From NCBI GenBank assembly GCA_965267575.1, contig OZ254086.1:3808001-3872000 (forward strand): a stretch of 64,000 nt of DNA. Direction: 5' to 3'. Under the pieces are notes generated by a model, which searched no databases, had not been told where the DNA came from, and saw only the letters and a program-made list of their open reading frames with translations. Origin of the DNA: Calditrichales bacterium (GTDB lineage: Bacteria > Calditrichota > Calditrichia > Calditrichales > J004). A program made the position numbers and the translations under genes. Below, piece by piece: positions 54,411-64,000 of this stretch; position 1 is the first letter of the stretch; the number at the start of each line of letters is the position of its first letter.

Positions 54411-56086
54411 GTTTGCAGAACACCCGGGCTAAAAATTTTTCTCTTAATTTCGGGATTGCGGGATACCGCGTCCAGCGCAACGATCAACCTGTCCCGCGTT
54501 TCCTCAGGCAAGATTATTTCATCGACCCATAACCGCGCGGCGGCATAGCGGCTATCTGTTTCGCTTTCATAGCGGCTTTTTATAGAATCGAACAGCTCTT
54601 TTTTCTCTTTGTCGCTAAGATGCTGCCCTTCTTTTTCCAGTTGTTTGAGTTTAAGTCCCAGCAGCGTGTTGGCCGCCTGCGCGCCACCCATAACGGCGTA
54701 TTTAGCGGATGGCCAGGCAAAAATAAAGTTAGGCGAATAAGCTTTGCCGCACATGGCGTAGTTACCGGCACCAAAACTGCCGCCGATAATAAGCGAAATT
54801 TTTGGTACCACCGAATTGGAGACTGCATTTACCATCTTGGCCCCGGCCTTGATGATACCGCTTTGTTCGGCATCGCGGCCAACCATAAAGCCGTTCACGT
54901 CGTGGATAAAGAGCAGCGGTATCTTGTTTTGATTGCAATCCATAATAAAGCGTGCGGCCTTCTTGGCGCTCTCCGTATAGATCACACCGCCAAACTGCGG
55001 CGGGCTTCCTTTTTTCATAATATGCTTCTTCTGATTGGCAATAATGCCCACGGGATAACCGCCGATGTGGGCATAGCCGCAAAGCAGCGTTTTGCCATAG
55101 CCCGCCTTGTATTCCACAAATTCAGCATCATCCACAATGCGGGCCAGTACATCATAGCAATCGTATTCTTTATGTGCATCAACCGGTACTATGCCGCACA
55201 ATTCGCTGCTTACATAGCGAGGCTCCCGGGATTCTATGCGCCGGACGCCGGCATCCTCCCTGTCGCCCATCTGCCGCACCAGTTTCCTCATTCTTTTTAT
55301 CGTCGCCGGATCGTCTTTTTCCTTAAAATCAATTGTTCCGCTTATCTCGGAGTGCATGGTGGCACCACCAAGATCCTCGGCGCTTATCACCTGGCCGATG
55401 GCCGCTTTAACCAGCGCCGGACCCGCCAAAAAAAGACCGCTTCCTTCCGTCATGAGTATTTTATCGGTCATCACCGGAAGGTAAGCGCCGCCGGCCACGC
55501 ACATCCCCATAATAGCGGTGATCTGCGGGATGCCTTTGGCGGACATACGGGCATTCAGATAAAACACCCGCCCAAAATCATCCTGATCGGGGAAGACGTC
55601 TTCCTGAAGCGGCAGGAATATCCCCGCGGAGTCAACCAGGTAAAGCGTCGGGATATGGTTCTGATAAGCAATTGTTTGTGCGCGGATAACTTTTTTGGCC
55701 GTCATCGGAAAAAAAGAGCCGGCCTTTACGGTAGCGTCGTTGGCAATAATCATACACAGCCGGTCATGCACATACCCGATGCCGGCAACCGTTCCGGCGG
55801 ATGGCGCACCGCCCCACTCTTCATACATTCCCCAGGCCGCGAACGTGGAAAGCTCGCTGAAAACACTGCCTTCATCTATCAGCAGATCAATGCGTTCCCG
55901 AGCGGTTAAACGATTCTTTTTATGCTGGCGCTCAATATTTGCTTTTCCGCCGCCCTGTCTTATCAGGAGACGTTGTTTGCGGATTTCCTCGCAAAGAGCC
56001 GTCCATTTTTTATTGAGCGTTTTAAAAGATGATGATGACGTATCGACAGAGCTGTCTATGAAATCACTTCGGGAAGACTGAGCCAA
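54407..56086 (-). CDS. Acyl-CoA (methylcrotonyl-CoA-like) carboxylase carboxyltransferase subunit
   Basis: ANDATVKAG, CVAGGAY, GGSFGAGNYAMCG, AAARLWVD. Confidence 0.9.
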   Translation of the reverse strand: MAQSSRSDFIDSSVDTSSSSFKTLNKKWTALCEEIRKQRLLIRQGGGKANIERQHKKNRLTARERIDLLIDEGSVFSELSTFAAWGMYEEWGGAPSAGTVAGIGYVHDRLCMIIANDATVKAGSFFPMTAKKVIRAQTIAYQNHIPTLYLVDSAGIFLPLQEDVFPDQDDFGRVFYLNARMSAKGIPQITAIMGMCVAGGAYLPVMTDKILMTEGSGLFLAGPALVKAAIGQVISAEDLGGATMHSEISGTIDFKEKDDPATIKRMRKLVRQMGDREDAGVRRIESREPRYVSSELCGIVPVDAHKEYDCYDVLARIVDDAEFVEYKAGYGKTLLCGYAHIGGYPVGIIANQKKHIMKKGSPPQFGGVIYTESAKKAARFIMDCNQNKIPLLFIHDVNGFMVGRDAEQSGIIKAGAKMVNAVSNSVVPKISLIIGGSFGAGNYAMCGKAYSPNFIFAWPSAKYAVMGGAQAANTLLGLKLKQLEKEGQHLSDKEKKELFDSIKSRYESETDSRYAAARLWVDEIILPEETRDRLIVALDAVSRNPEIKRKIFSPGVLQT

Positions 56087-56254
56087 ATCTCCTCCTTGAT
56101 GGCTTTGATCGCAGGATCCGCCAATGGCGGAATAATTGAATCTATGTGATCAAGATATACTTATAGTTGATGTGTTGAAATTTATCATTTTAGGTCACGA
56201 AGTCAAGGAAAGTTTTATTTTACTAAATTCAAAAATTTCAATCTGTTGCAGCCG

Positions 56255-56848
56255 TCATAGCTGAAGCTGATCTATCATATCTTTTTGCAGCGCAACGATA
56301 AATTCCGGCTTGCGGATAGAAAAAGGGATCAACGGTACATTTTGCAGGTCGCGGCTCCATTCGTTAAGCCGCTTTTGTAACAACCCCGACGTTATTTTAT
56401 CGGTTTTGCTGAGAACGATTTTAAACGGCAAAGCTTTTAATGCAAGCCATTCCAGCATTTGCATATCCAGGGCCATTCGCTCATGGCGCGAATCTACAAG
56501 AACGTAAATGCATTTCAGCTCTTTGTTGTCAAGCAGATAGCCTTCTATCATCTGCTGCCATTTAACCTGCTCTTGTTGCGAAAGCCGGGCAAATCCATAA
56601 CCCGGCAAGTCCACGCAGTAGAACTTTTCGCTTACGGAATAGAAATTGATCACCCTGGTTTTGCCGGGGCTGGATGAAATTTTGGCCATATTCTTCCTGC
56701 CAAAAACGGCATTCAGCAAAGACGACTTACCAACATTGGAACGCCCCACAAAAGCAAATTCTGTCATCGCCGGTAGGGGCTTTTGTTTATGATCGGTAAT
56801 ACTTTTTATAAAGGTGACGGACGAAAACAGCGGCTTTTTCTTTTTCAT
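56255..56848 (-). CDS. engB: Ribosome biogenesis GTPase YsxC/EngB
   Basis: GRSNVGKSS, PGKT, DLPGYG. Confidence 0.95.
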   Translation of the reverse strand: MKKKKPLFSSVTFIKSITDHKQKPLPAMTEFAFVGRSNVGKSSLLNAVFGRKNMAKISSSPGKTRVINFYSVSEKFYCVDLPGYGFARLSQQEQVKWQQMIEGYLLDNKELKCIYVLVDSRHERMALDMQMLEWLALKALPFKIVLSKTDKITSGLLQKRLNEWSRDLQNVPLIPFSIRKPEFIVALQKDMIDQLQL

Positions 56849-56904
56849 AATATAAAAAAGGCATGCCCTTGCCAGACATGCCTTTGACTAAAATCTTTCT
56901 TTTT

Positions 56905-57228
<324 letters not shown>

Positions 57229-57256
57229 CTTAATTCCTCCTGAGAAAAAAGTCTGT

Positions 57257-57637
57257 TTATTCAATTATCTCCGCCGTTATTTGCGCGGTACCGCTCCGGA
57301 TCATATCCAGCTTTTCTGCCGCAGCATAGGATACATCCAGAATACGTCCTCTAACAAAAGGACCACGGTCATTAATCCGCACAACAACCGATTTGTCGTT
57401 TTCAAGATTTGTTACTTTCAAGACTGTTCCGAAAGGTAACTCCTTATGGGCAGCCGTAAGAGCATGCATGTCAAAAACTTCGCCGCTGGCCGTCTTTTTT
57501 CCGTGGAATTTGGCTCCGTAATAGGAACATTCACCACGCAAAATTGTGGCCGTGCTTCCCAGGTTTCTTCTATCAAAACCGCTATTGATATTGCGTACCG
57601 GGCGTCCGGCCATGCATTGCGTAAGCATCACCAGCAC
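57257..57637 (-). CDS. rlpA: RlpA-family lytic transglycosylase
   Basis: SYYG..FHGKKTASGE, TAAHKELPFG, RINDRGPF, LDVS. Confidence 0.9.
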   Translation of the reverse strand: MLVMLTQCMAGRPVRNINSGFDRRNLGSTATILRGECSYYGAKFHGKKTASGEVFDMHALTAAHKELPFGTVLKVTNLENDKSVVVRINDRGPFVRGRILDVSYAAAEKLDMIRSGTAQITAEIIE

Positions 57638-57656
57638 ACATGCCAGCAGAATAATA

Positions 57657-59645
57657 CTATTCTTCTTCTTGTTCTTCCGGGTTTTCAGCTTTATTCTCCT
57701 CCGCTTTCAGCTCAGGCTCCAGGAATTCTTTTTTATTTTCCTGCTGATTTTCTGGTGCGGGTTCGGCGGCCGGCTCTTCGGCCTTGGGTTCAGCGATTTT
57801 TTTTAATGCGATACGTGCACCCTCGCTTTTAGGGTATTCTTTTACCAGCAACGCGTAAGAATCCACAGCGCTTTTGATGTCCTGCAAATAATGCTCATAT
57901 ACGTAGGCGATAGCAAATCGTGCCTTTTCGGCCCACACAGTTCCGGAGTCCTGCTCGGCAACCTCTCGGAACATTGCAATCGCCTTTTCATACTGTTCTG
58001 CTTCGATCTGTTCTTCCGCACGCCTGTATTTATTGTAGACGGGGGCATCATTGGATTCTTCGCCCTGCTGCAGCTGGCCAGCCAGCTTTTGTCCGTAGCG
58101 TGTGTCCGGATATTGACGCAGAATAGAGTCTTTTAAAGAATCCGCGGTGACACTATCGTTTTTAACGGAATTATATATAAAATATAGCGCATAGTACGCT
58201 TTTGGTGTAAGCACACTGTCCTGAAAATTGCTGATAAACTCATTGTAGCGGACCGTGGCGCTGTCATAGTGCTGATAGTTAAGCAGAAAATATTCCGCCA
58301 GGCGATACGTGTTTCTCTGCAGGCTCTCTTTTACCTGCTCGGGGCTGCGCGAAACGGCGACTTTCTTTTCCTTTATCTTCGTGGTGGTCTGGCTTTCCGG
58401 CAAAGTGTCCTGGTTCGCAAAAGCAAGCGAGTCTGCTGTGGCCGCAGAGGCAGTATCGCCAAAAGCTGTTTGTTCTTGCTCGGAAACATTTACGTTCACC
58501 GTATCTAGCCCGGTTACCATACTATCTATAAGCGTGGAATCACCCTGCTCCAATTTAAAAATATCGCTTTTATCTTTGCGGATCTGGTCCCGGATTTTCA
58601 GATATTCAGCCAGAATTTTGGAACGATTGTTGGCGTCTCTGGCGGCTTCAACTTTGGCGTTTTGCTTGGCAACATTATCGTAGCGCACCTTTGCCGAATC
58701 CATCCAGCCGTATTCAAATTCATATATTTGCGCGATATAGAAATTGGCAAGGGCCGCGCCCTCACTGCGGGGATATTTTTCTATTACATCAAAATAGTTA
58801 TCAATGGCGTATTCATAATCATCCTGAAACTCATACAGGTTGGCCAGCTTTACGGCAATATTGGAGTAATATTCTTTAAAACGCTGATCGCGCAGGATAT
58901 TACGCAGCGTATTTTCTGCCTCTTCAAATTGCTCCAGCTTAACCAGCGCATCCACCATGCGGATAATGGCGTCGTATTGCTTTAAAACGGGAAGATCGCG
59001 CCTCAGCACTCGTTCATAGCTGTCCACAGCGTTCTGGTATTGCTCAAGTTCCGTGTAGGCCTCAGCCAGCCTGTACAACGCATTACCGGCAATTTCTCCA
59101 CTTCCGTCGAGCTCAGCCGCCTGTTCCAGGTTCTCTATGGCCAAATCGTACGAGCCGCGTAAATAATAGAGATTGCCAAGATTAAGGTGTGCGTCAGCCC
59201 TTATCTTTTCATCACCCGTATCATCGAGAATTTCCTGCAATTGCTGCAACGCTTTTTCGTCTTGCTCCAGCTTTACATAGGTTTTTCCCAGCCATAAACG
59301 GACTTCCGGTATAAATGGCGACTGCAGATATTTTTGCAGAAATTGTTCAAATATATTTTGCGCTTTGTCGTATTCTTCCAGCTGGAAATGGCCGCGGCCG
59401 ATCATAAAAAGCGCATCGTCCGCCCAACGGCTGCTATCCCCGTAAGAATCGATTACTTTCCAGGATTTGGCAATGGCCGACTGAAAATGCCGTTTTATTT
59501 CGGGGGTGATTTTCTTCTCTGCGGGATTGTTTTGCTTCTTCTCCAGCCCTTCACGGTATTGCTTTTCCGCATTAAAAAAAGTGTTAAAGTAGGCGCAGCC
59601 ACTAAAAAGCAGAAGCCCCGTTAAAAGTGTAATTATATATCTCAT
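57657..59645 (-). CDS. TPR-repeat lipoprotein
   Basis: LFSG-C lipobox, CAYFNTFFNA, many TPR repeats. Confidence 0.85.
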   Translation of the reverse strand: MRYIITLLTGLLLFSGCAYFNTFFNAEKQYREGLEKKQNNPAEKKITPEIKRHFQSAIAKSWKVIDSYGDSSRWADDALFMIGRGHFQLEEYDKAQNIFEQFLQKYLQSPFIPEVRLWLGKTYVKLEQDEKALQQLQEILDDTGDEKIRADAHLNLGNLYYLRGSYDLAIENLEQAAELDGSGEIAGNALYRLAEAYTELEQYQNAVDSYERVLRRDLPVLKQYDAIIRMVDALVKLEQFEEAENTLRNILRDQRFKEYYSNIAVKLANLYEFQDDYEYAIDNYFDVIEKYPRSEGAALANFYIAQIYEFEYGWMDSAKVRYDNVAKQNAKVEAARDANNRSKILAEYLKIRDQIRKDKSDIFKLEQGDSTLIDSMVTGLDTVNVNVSEQEQTAFGDTASAATADSLAFANQDTLPESQTTTKIKEKKVAVSRSPEQVKESLQRNTYRLAEYFLLNYQHYDSATVRYNEFISNFQDSVLTPKAYYALYFIYNSVKNDSVTADSLKDSILRQYPDTRYGQKLAGQLQQGEESNDAPVYNKYRRAEEQIEAEQYEKAIAMFREVAEQDSGTVWAEKARFAIAYVYEHYLQDIKSAVDSYALLVKEYPKSEGARIALKKIAEPKAEEPAAEPAPENQQENKKEFLEPELKAEENKAENPEEQEEE

Positions 59646-59646
59646 T

Positions 59647-60381
59647 TTATCTGATTCTATCCAGGTAAACAACTAATCCCGTTAATACTTTTGAAGCCGG
59701 CATTTGAATAAACTCATCCACATGGTCGGTTAAGGCCGTCGGCTCGGTATTTATTTCCACAACATAGGCCCCATTACCCTTGGCAATATAGGGTAAAGAA
59801 GCCGCCGGCTCTACCAGTGAAGATGTGCCGACAGAGAAAAAGACTTCGCATGTGGCTGAGGTCTCCTGCGCTTTGCGTAAAACGCTTTCTTCCAGCGCTT
59901 CGCCAAAAAGGACTACATCCGGCCTTAAGTTACCGCCACATTTTGCACACTGCGGAACCGTACCTTTTGGTACCGCCGTTCCCGCTGTAACATCGACACA
60001 TTGACTGCATTTGTTACGCACTATGTTGCCATGCAGTTCAACAAGATGCTCACTTCCAGCTTCACGATGCAAATTATCCACGTTTTGCGTAATTAGGTAA
60101 AATTCTTCGAAATAATTTTCCATATCCACCAGCGCGTAATGTCCAAGATTCGGCTTAACCCTGGACAGAAGATCACGCCGCCAACTGTAAAATTCCCAAA
60201 AAAGCTCAGGTTCCTGTTCAAATTTTTCAACAGTGGCTAATTGTTGAACCTGGTAATTGTTCCACAAGCCATCCTTGCCGCGGAATGTCGGTACGCCGCT
60301 CTCAGCTGATATGCCTGCGCCCGTAAGAACTGTAACATTATAGGCATTTTTTAATCTTAATATCAGCTTTTGAGAAATCAT
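59647..60381 (-). CDS. cobB: NAD-dependent protein deacylase (sirtuin)
   Basis: GAGISAESGVPTFRG, TQNVDNLH, ELHG, zinc CxxC pairs, RPDVVLFGE. Confidence 0.93.
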   Translation of the reverse strand: MISQKLILRLKNAYNVTVLTGAGISAESGVPTFRGKDGLWNNYQVQQLATVEKFEQEPELFWEFYSWRRDLLSRVKPNLGHYALVDMENYFEEFYLITQNVDNLHREAGSEHLVELHGNIVRNKCSQCVDVTAGTAVPKGTVPQCAKCGGNLRPDVVLFGEALEESVLRKAQETSATCEVFFSVGTSSLVEPAASLPYIAKGNGAYVVEINTEPTALTDHVDEFIQMPASKVLTGLVVYLDRIR

Positions 60382-60459
60382 CTACAGCTCCACTTTAGAT
60401 TATTTTAAATCTTTACTTAATATTTTACAAGCAAATCTTAAAGCTATACTTTAGGTCGC

Positions 60460-61443
60460 CTATAGGGTTGCCGCTATGCTGAAATAGTATTTTAATAGAA
60501 TCGGGCTGATGGCCAGAAGCCATAAAATCACTCCCGAGCTGAAGTTAAATCGCATAAGAATCATCGCATAGCTGATGCTGAATTGCTTCCCGATAAAATG
60601 TATTGATGTTCTGCTAATAATCTGCGAGCATATCAGACTCATTATAAAAATAGCACTTAAATAAATCCATAGATAGCCAACAAACCAGTAGCGTTTATTA
60701 AAAAGCAATAAGGCATCGGTTGAAGTAAGTGACGCGTAATAATTGGCCATACCGTGGACGATAAATAACTGTGATAAAACGAAATATGCAATCGCAATAA
60801 GCACATAAATATTTAAAAACCCCGTGGCGGATTTTTTCAGAACAAACATGTGCACAACTATAAATACGATCGTAAACAATATGTACGCAATTGTAACGCC
60901 GCCCGGCATCAACGTTACATTCTCGCCGAAAGCCTGCGGTATAACCTGCCCTATCTGCGGAATGACAAACAAAGATAGTTTTGAATAGTAATCCGGGATC
61001 ATTAGCGCGATATCAACCAAAACAATCAGACTGAGAAGCAGAACGACCCTTCTGATGAAATAATGCCTGTATTCGATTTTGTAACGGTAATATAGAAAAC
61101 CAAACCAGGCCACAAAGATCATAACCAGCGATAATGTTAAAGAAACCAGATGCAATACAAAGGATGATAAATTTCCCTGAAGAATCTGCGAAATGCCTGA
61201 GATACCGTTAAACAGTGAAATGCTGTATAATATTTTTGCAATCAACGATAACAAAGTAAGCCCGGCGGCGCTATAGAAGGTAACCTGGAAAAGTCGGCTG
61301 AGACGGGTTATCAGCTTACCGTCCTTGGAGCCGTGCAGGATATTTTTTTCCAGCTTCAAGGAGTTTGAGTAAACAAAGAACGCACACAATATCGTTGCAA
61401 AATCAGCAATAAGTGTAGTGTAAAAAGAAATATCCGTAATCAC
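60460..61443 (-). CDS. Multi-pass membrane hypothetical protein
   Basis: About 8 hydrophobic segments. Confidence 0.7.
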   Translation of the reverse strand: MITDISFYTTLIADFATILCAFFVYSNSLKLEKNILHGSKDGKLITRLSRLFQVTFYSAAGLTLLSLIAKILYSISLFNGISGISQILQGNLSSFVLHLVSLTLSLVMIFVAWFGFLYYRYKIEYRHYFIRRVVLLLSLIVLVDIALMIPDYYSKLSLFVIPQIGQVIPQAFGENVTLMPGGVTIAYILFTIVFIVVHMFVLKKSATGFLNIYVLIAIAYFVLSQLFIVHGMANYYASLTSTDALLLFNKRYWFVGYLWIYLSAIFIMSLICSQIISRTSIHFIGKQFSISYAMILMRFNFSSGVILWLLAISPILLKYYFSIAATL

Positions 61444-61454
61444 GGTTTTTCCCG

Positions 61455-62639
61455 TTACTTAAAAATTTCGGAGCAGGTTTTTTCCAGAATATCAACGCCC
61501 TTGTCGATTTCGTCTTCCGTAATAATTAAAGGCGGCACAAACCTCAACGTACTTGTTCCACCGGAGAGATTCAATATCAGGCCGTTTTCGAAGCATTTGC
61601 TCATCAGCAGTCTATTATCACCTTCAACTTCTGCACCCAGCATAAGCCCTGCACCACGGATGCTTTTCACTTTGCCGGGATATTTTTGCTGCCAGGAACG
61701 CAGCCTGCCGGCCAGGTAGTCGCCTTTTGCTGAAACCGCTTCGATAAAGCCCGGTGCCGTTACCGTTTCCAGTACGGCCAGTCCTGCTGTGCAGGCCAGC
61801 GGATTGCCGCCATAAGTAGTGCCGTGATCGCCTTTTTTAAAAACGCCGGCCAGAGCATTGTTCACCAGGAATCCGCCCAATGGCAAACCGCCACCGACCG
61901 CTTTGGCCACGGCAATGGCATCGGGAACAAAGTCAAAATACTCGTAATAGAACATACGCCCTGTCCGGGCAATACCGGTCTGAATTTCGTCGCAAATAAC
62001 AAGAAAGCCGTGCTCATCTTTGGCTTGTTTGATCGCTTGCAGCATTTTCTGCGGCAGCGGCCGTATGCCGCCCTGCCCCGCGATACCCTCAAAGAATACG
62101 GCGCAGGTATTCTTACCGGCAACCCTTAAGAAAGCGTCCGTGTCATCCGCGGCCAAAATTTTAATGTTTGGTATCAGCGGACCAATGGATTTTTGATAAA
62201 CGGCTTGTCCGGTCAGGCTGACGGCTCCCAGGGTCCTTCCATGAAAACTGTTTTCAAAAACAATGATTTCCTGGCGTCCGTTTTCGTTGCCCCATTTTTT
62301 GGCCAGTTTTAGCAAACCCTCCATGGCCTCTGTGCCGCTGTTGGAGAAAAAGACTTTATCATACGGCGTAAGTTCAAGAAGCTTTTGGGCCAGCTTAATC
62401 TGAATTTCCTGAACAAAATAGTTGCTGAGATGCAGAGGACGCCTGAGATGTTCCTGCAGGGCAGACAAAACCGCGGGATGCCTGTAGCCGAGGGCGTTTA
62501 CGGCAATACCGGCAAGCATGTCCAGATAAGCTTTGCCGCTGTCGTCGAAAAGAAAGCAACCTTCGCCATCAACGATGTTGGCGGGAAAGCGCTCATATAC
62601 CGGCAAAAAGTACCGGCTTTCTTGTTCAAGTATTTGCAT
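61455..62639 (-). CDS. argD: Acetylornithine aminotransferase
   Basis: NSGTEA, SFHGRT, DEIQTG, AKAVGGG, HGTTYGGNP. Confidence 0.88.
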   Translation of the reverse strand: MQILEQESRYFLPVYERFPANIVDGEGCFLFDDSGKAYLDMLAGIAVNALGYRHPAVLSALQEHLRRPLHLSNYFVQEIQIKLAQKLLELTPYDKVFFSNSGTEAMEGLLKLAKKWGNENGRQEIIVFENSFHGRTLGAVSLTGQAVYQKSIGPLIPNIKILAADDTDAFLRVAGKNTCAVFFEGIAGQGGIRPLPQKMLQAIKQAKDEHGFLVICDEIQTGIARTGRMFYYEYFDFVPDAIAVAKAVGGGLPLGGFLVNNALAGVFKKGDHGTTYGGNPLACTAGLAVLETVTAPGFIEAVSAKGDYLAGRLRSWQQKYPGKVKSIRGAGLMLGAEVEGDNRLLMSKCFENGLILNLSGGTSTLRFVPPLIITEDEIDKGVDILEKTCSEIFK

Positions 62640-63319
62640 TAACGGTTTTTACTCAGCAAAACGAGCTGTGTTTTTGCATCATAGCTGTGACGATGTTCCG
62701 GAAAGCGCTCCACCAGCTCATCCAGCACTTCTCCTGCATCCTCCTGCTCACCGGCATTTAACAGGCACAATGCCTGCAAATAAAGGTAGTCGCCGGCTTT
62801 TTCAAATTCCCCGGCGCGGGACTGAGCTCTGTCATAATAATCTGCGGCCGTTTTAAAATCCTTTTCCTGCTCGTAGCAGGCGGCCAGACCGGCATAACCC
62901 GAAGCCAGGAGAATATTGCTTCCGCTGTAGCTGTCGGTAAACTCTTCAAAAAGCGTCTTCGCCTGCGCATATTGTTCATCCTGGTAGTTCAGGTTGGCCA
63001 GCAGAAAAAGCCCCTGTTCACCTGCCTCTGTGCCGGAATACTCTTCGATAAGGCGATCCAGAAAATCACGCGCCTTGTCATAGTTCATCTGGTCATATTC
63101 AACCTGCGCCTTGCCCAGTATTGCCGTTGCCTCTTCGGCATTTACATTCTGGATGTAATTCACAAGCAGAACGATCAGAACAATCGCCACGATCCCGGCC
63201 AGGGCGCCATAAATAATATTAGTATTTTGCTCGTAGTAGGTTTGTGCTTTTAACAGCGTATCCAGCAGCGGATCGTGTTTTAGCTCTTTTTTGTTGAATT
63301 TCTTTTGCGGTTTTAACAT
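62639..63319 (-). CDS. Membrane-anchored TPR protein (YfgM-like)
   Basis: N-terminal TM followed by TPR repeats. Confidence 0.78.
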   Translation of the reverse strand: MLKPQKKFNKKELKHDPLLDTLLKAQTYYEQNTNIIYGALAGIVAIVLIVLLVNYIQNVNAEEATAILGKAQVEYDQMNYDKARDFLDRLIEEYSGTEAGEQGLFLLANLNYQDEQYAQAKTLFEEFTDSYSGSNILLASGYAGLAACYEQEKDFKTAADYYDRAQSRAGEFEKAGDYLYLQALCLLNAGEQEDAGEVLDELVERFPEHRHSYDAKTQLVLLSKNR

Positions 63320-63343
63320 TTCTCCTCCGTAAGTTAAAATCTG

Positions 63344-63418
63344 TGCCCCATCCAGGACTCGAACCTGGGCTAACCAAGATTAGGAATCTTGTGCTCTATC
63401 CTACTGAGCTAATGGGGC
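63344..63418 (-). tRNA. tRNA-Arg(CCT)
   Basis: Minus strand: GCCCCAT/ATGGGGC acceptor, CAAGA-ttCCTaa-TCTTG, TTCGAGT T-loop. Confidence 0.95.
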
Positions 63419-63420
63419 CC

Positions 63421-63954
63421 TTAGGAATTATATTTAATAAGACTGGTAACGGGATATTTTTCTATGGCTTTTTGGCCGTTCAGAAAGCTCAGTTCTATCA
63501 GGAACAGAATATGTTCCACCTTGGCGCCGCATTGCTCAACCAGGTACGCGGCGGCGGCAGCCGTGCCTCCTGTTGCCAGAAGATCGTCAATAATCAAGAC
63601 ATTGGCCCCGGGATGAAAAGCGTCGCGGTGTACCTCAAGAGCGTTTATGCCATATTCCAGCTCGTACTCGCGGGTGAAAGTGTCCGCGGGTAGTTTGCCC
63701 GGCTTGCGTACAGGCACAAATCCCGCGTTGAGGCGCAGAGCCAAAGCCGCGCCAAATATAAATCCGCGCGATTCAATGCCGCAGACATAGTCGATATCTT
63801 TATCTTTGCATGCATCATACAGGATATCCACGGAAATCCTGAGCAGCTCCGGGTCCTGCAGGATCGGTGTTATATCTTTAAAAACTATCCCCTTTTTCGG
63901 GAAATCCGGAACATCTCTGATCGCGTCTCTTACGAGATTTATGTTTTTTGACAT
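63421..63954 (-). CDS. apt: Adenine phosphoribosyltransferase
   Basis: PDFPKKGIVFKDIT, ESRGF, RKPGKLP, IIDDLLATGGT. Confidence 0.96.
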   Translation of the reverse strand: MSKNINLVRDAIRDVPDFPKKGIVFKDITPILQDPELLRISVDILYDACKDKDIDYVCGIESRGFIFGAALALRLNAGFVPVRKPGKLPADTFTREYELEYGINALEVHRDAFHPGANVLIIDDLLATGGTAAAAAYLVEQCGAKVEHILFLIELSFLNGQKAIEKYPVTSLIKYNS

Positions 63955-64000
63955 CTAGTACACCACCTCAAAGTTGTTGTACGTTCTGCTTCCTTCAAGT

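Noticed and set aside
54620..55909. 429-aa + strand ORF
   Set aside because: Antisense to the carboxyltransferase gene.
63343..63693. 116-aa + strand ORF
   Set aside because: Antisense shadow of tRNA-Arg and apt.

Overview
Bacterial chromosome window spanning the probable replication terminus; host gene content and style suggest an FCB/Calditrichota-like bacterium (inference only). The left flank (1-14.4 kb, all + strand) holds pheT, zapB/zapA, 6S RNA, rny, ymdB, folD, DUF58, MerR, two tRNA-Pro, GT2, pcm, DUF368, DUF92 and leuS. The right flank (52-64 kb, almost all - strand) holds EamA, csrA, liuC/liuB-like genes, engB, trxA, rlpA, TPR proteins, cobB, argD, tRNA-Arg and apt. Between them a ~37.5 kb siphovirus-like prophage (14473-52020) is integrated at a dif site: a 19-bp direct repeat, with an intact dif at attR and a degenerate XerD arm at attL. 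The most unusual features are inside the prophage. (1) An integron-like cassette system: attC-like TAAC...GTTAG hairpins with extrahelical bases, cassettes with complementary ends, and three copies of a fixed attI-like site, one directly upstream of a minimal tyrosine recombinase that lacks the IntI insertion. (2) A 60-nt RNA that looks like the tRNA-like domain of tmRNA (G3.U70, encoded CCA) with no mRNA domain. (3) An initiator-type tRNA-Met with C33/C38. (4) Three conserved promoter-leader-terminator units in front of the late operons. (5) Several virion-module proteins with Sec signal peptides and no recognisable endolysin. Host RNase Y appears to have lost most HD-domain metal ligands. 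All calls were made by eye; no searches were run.
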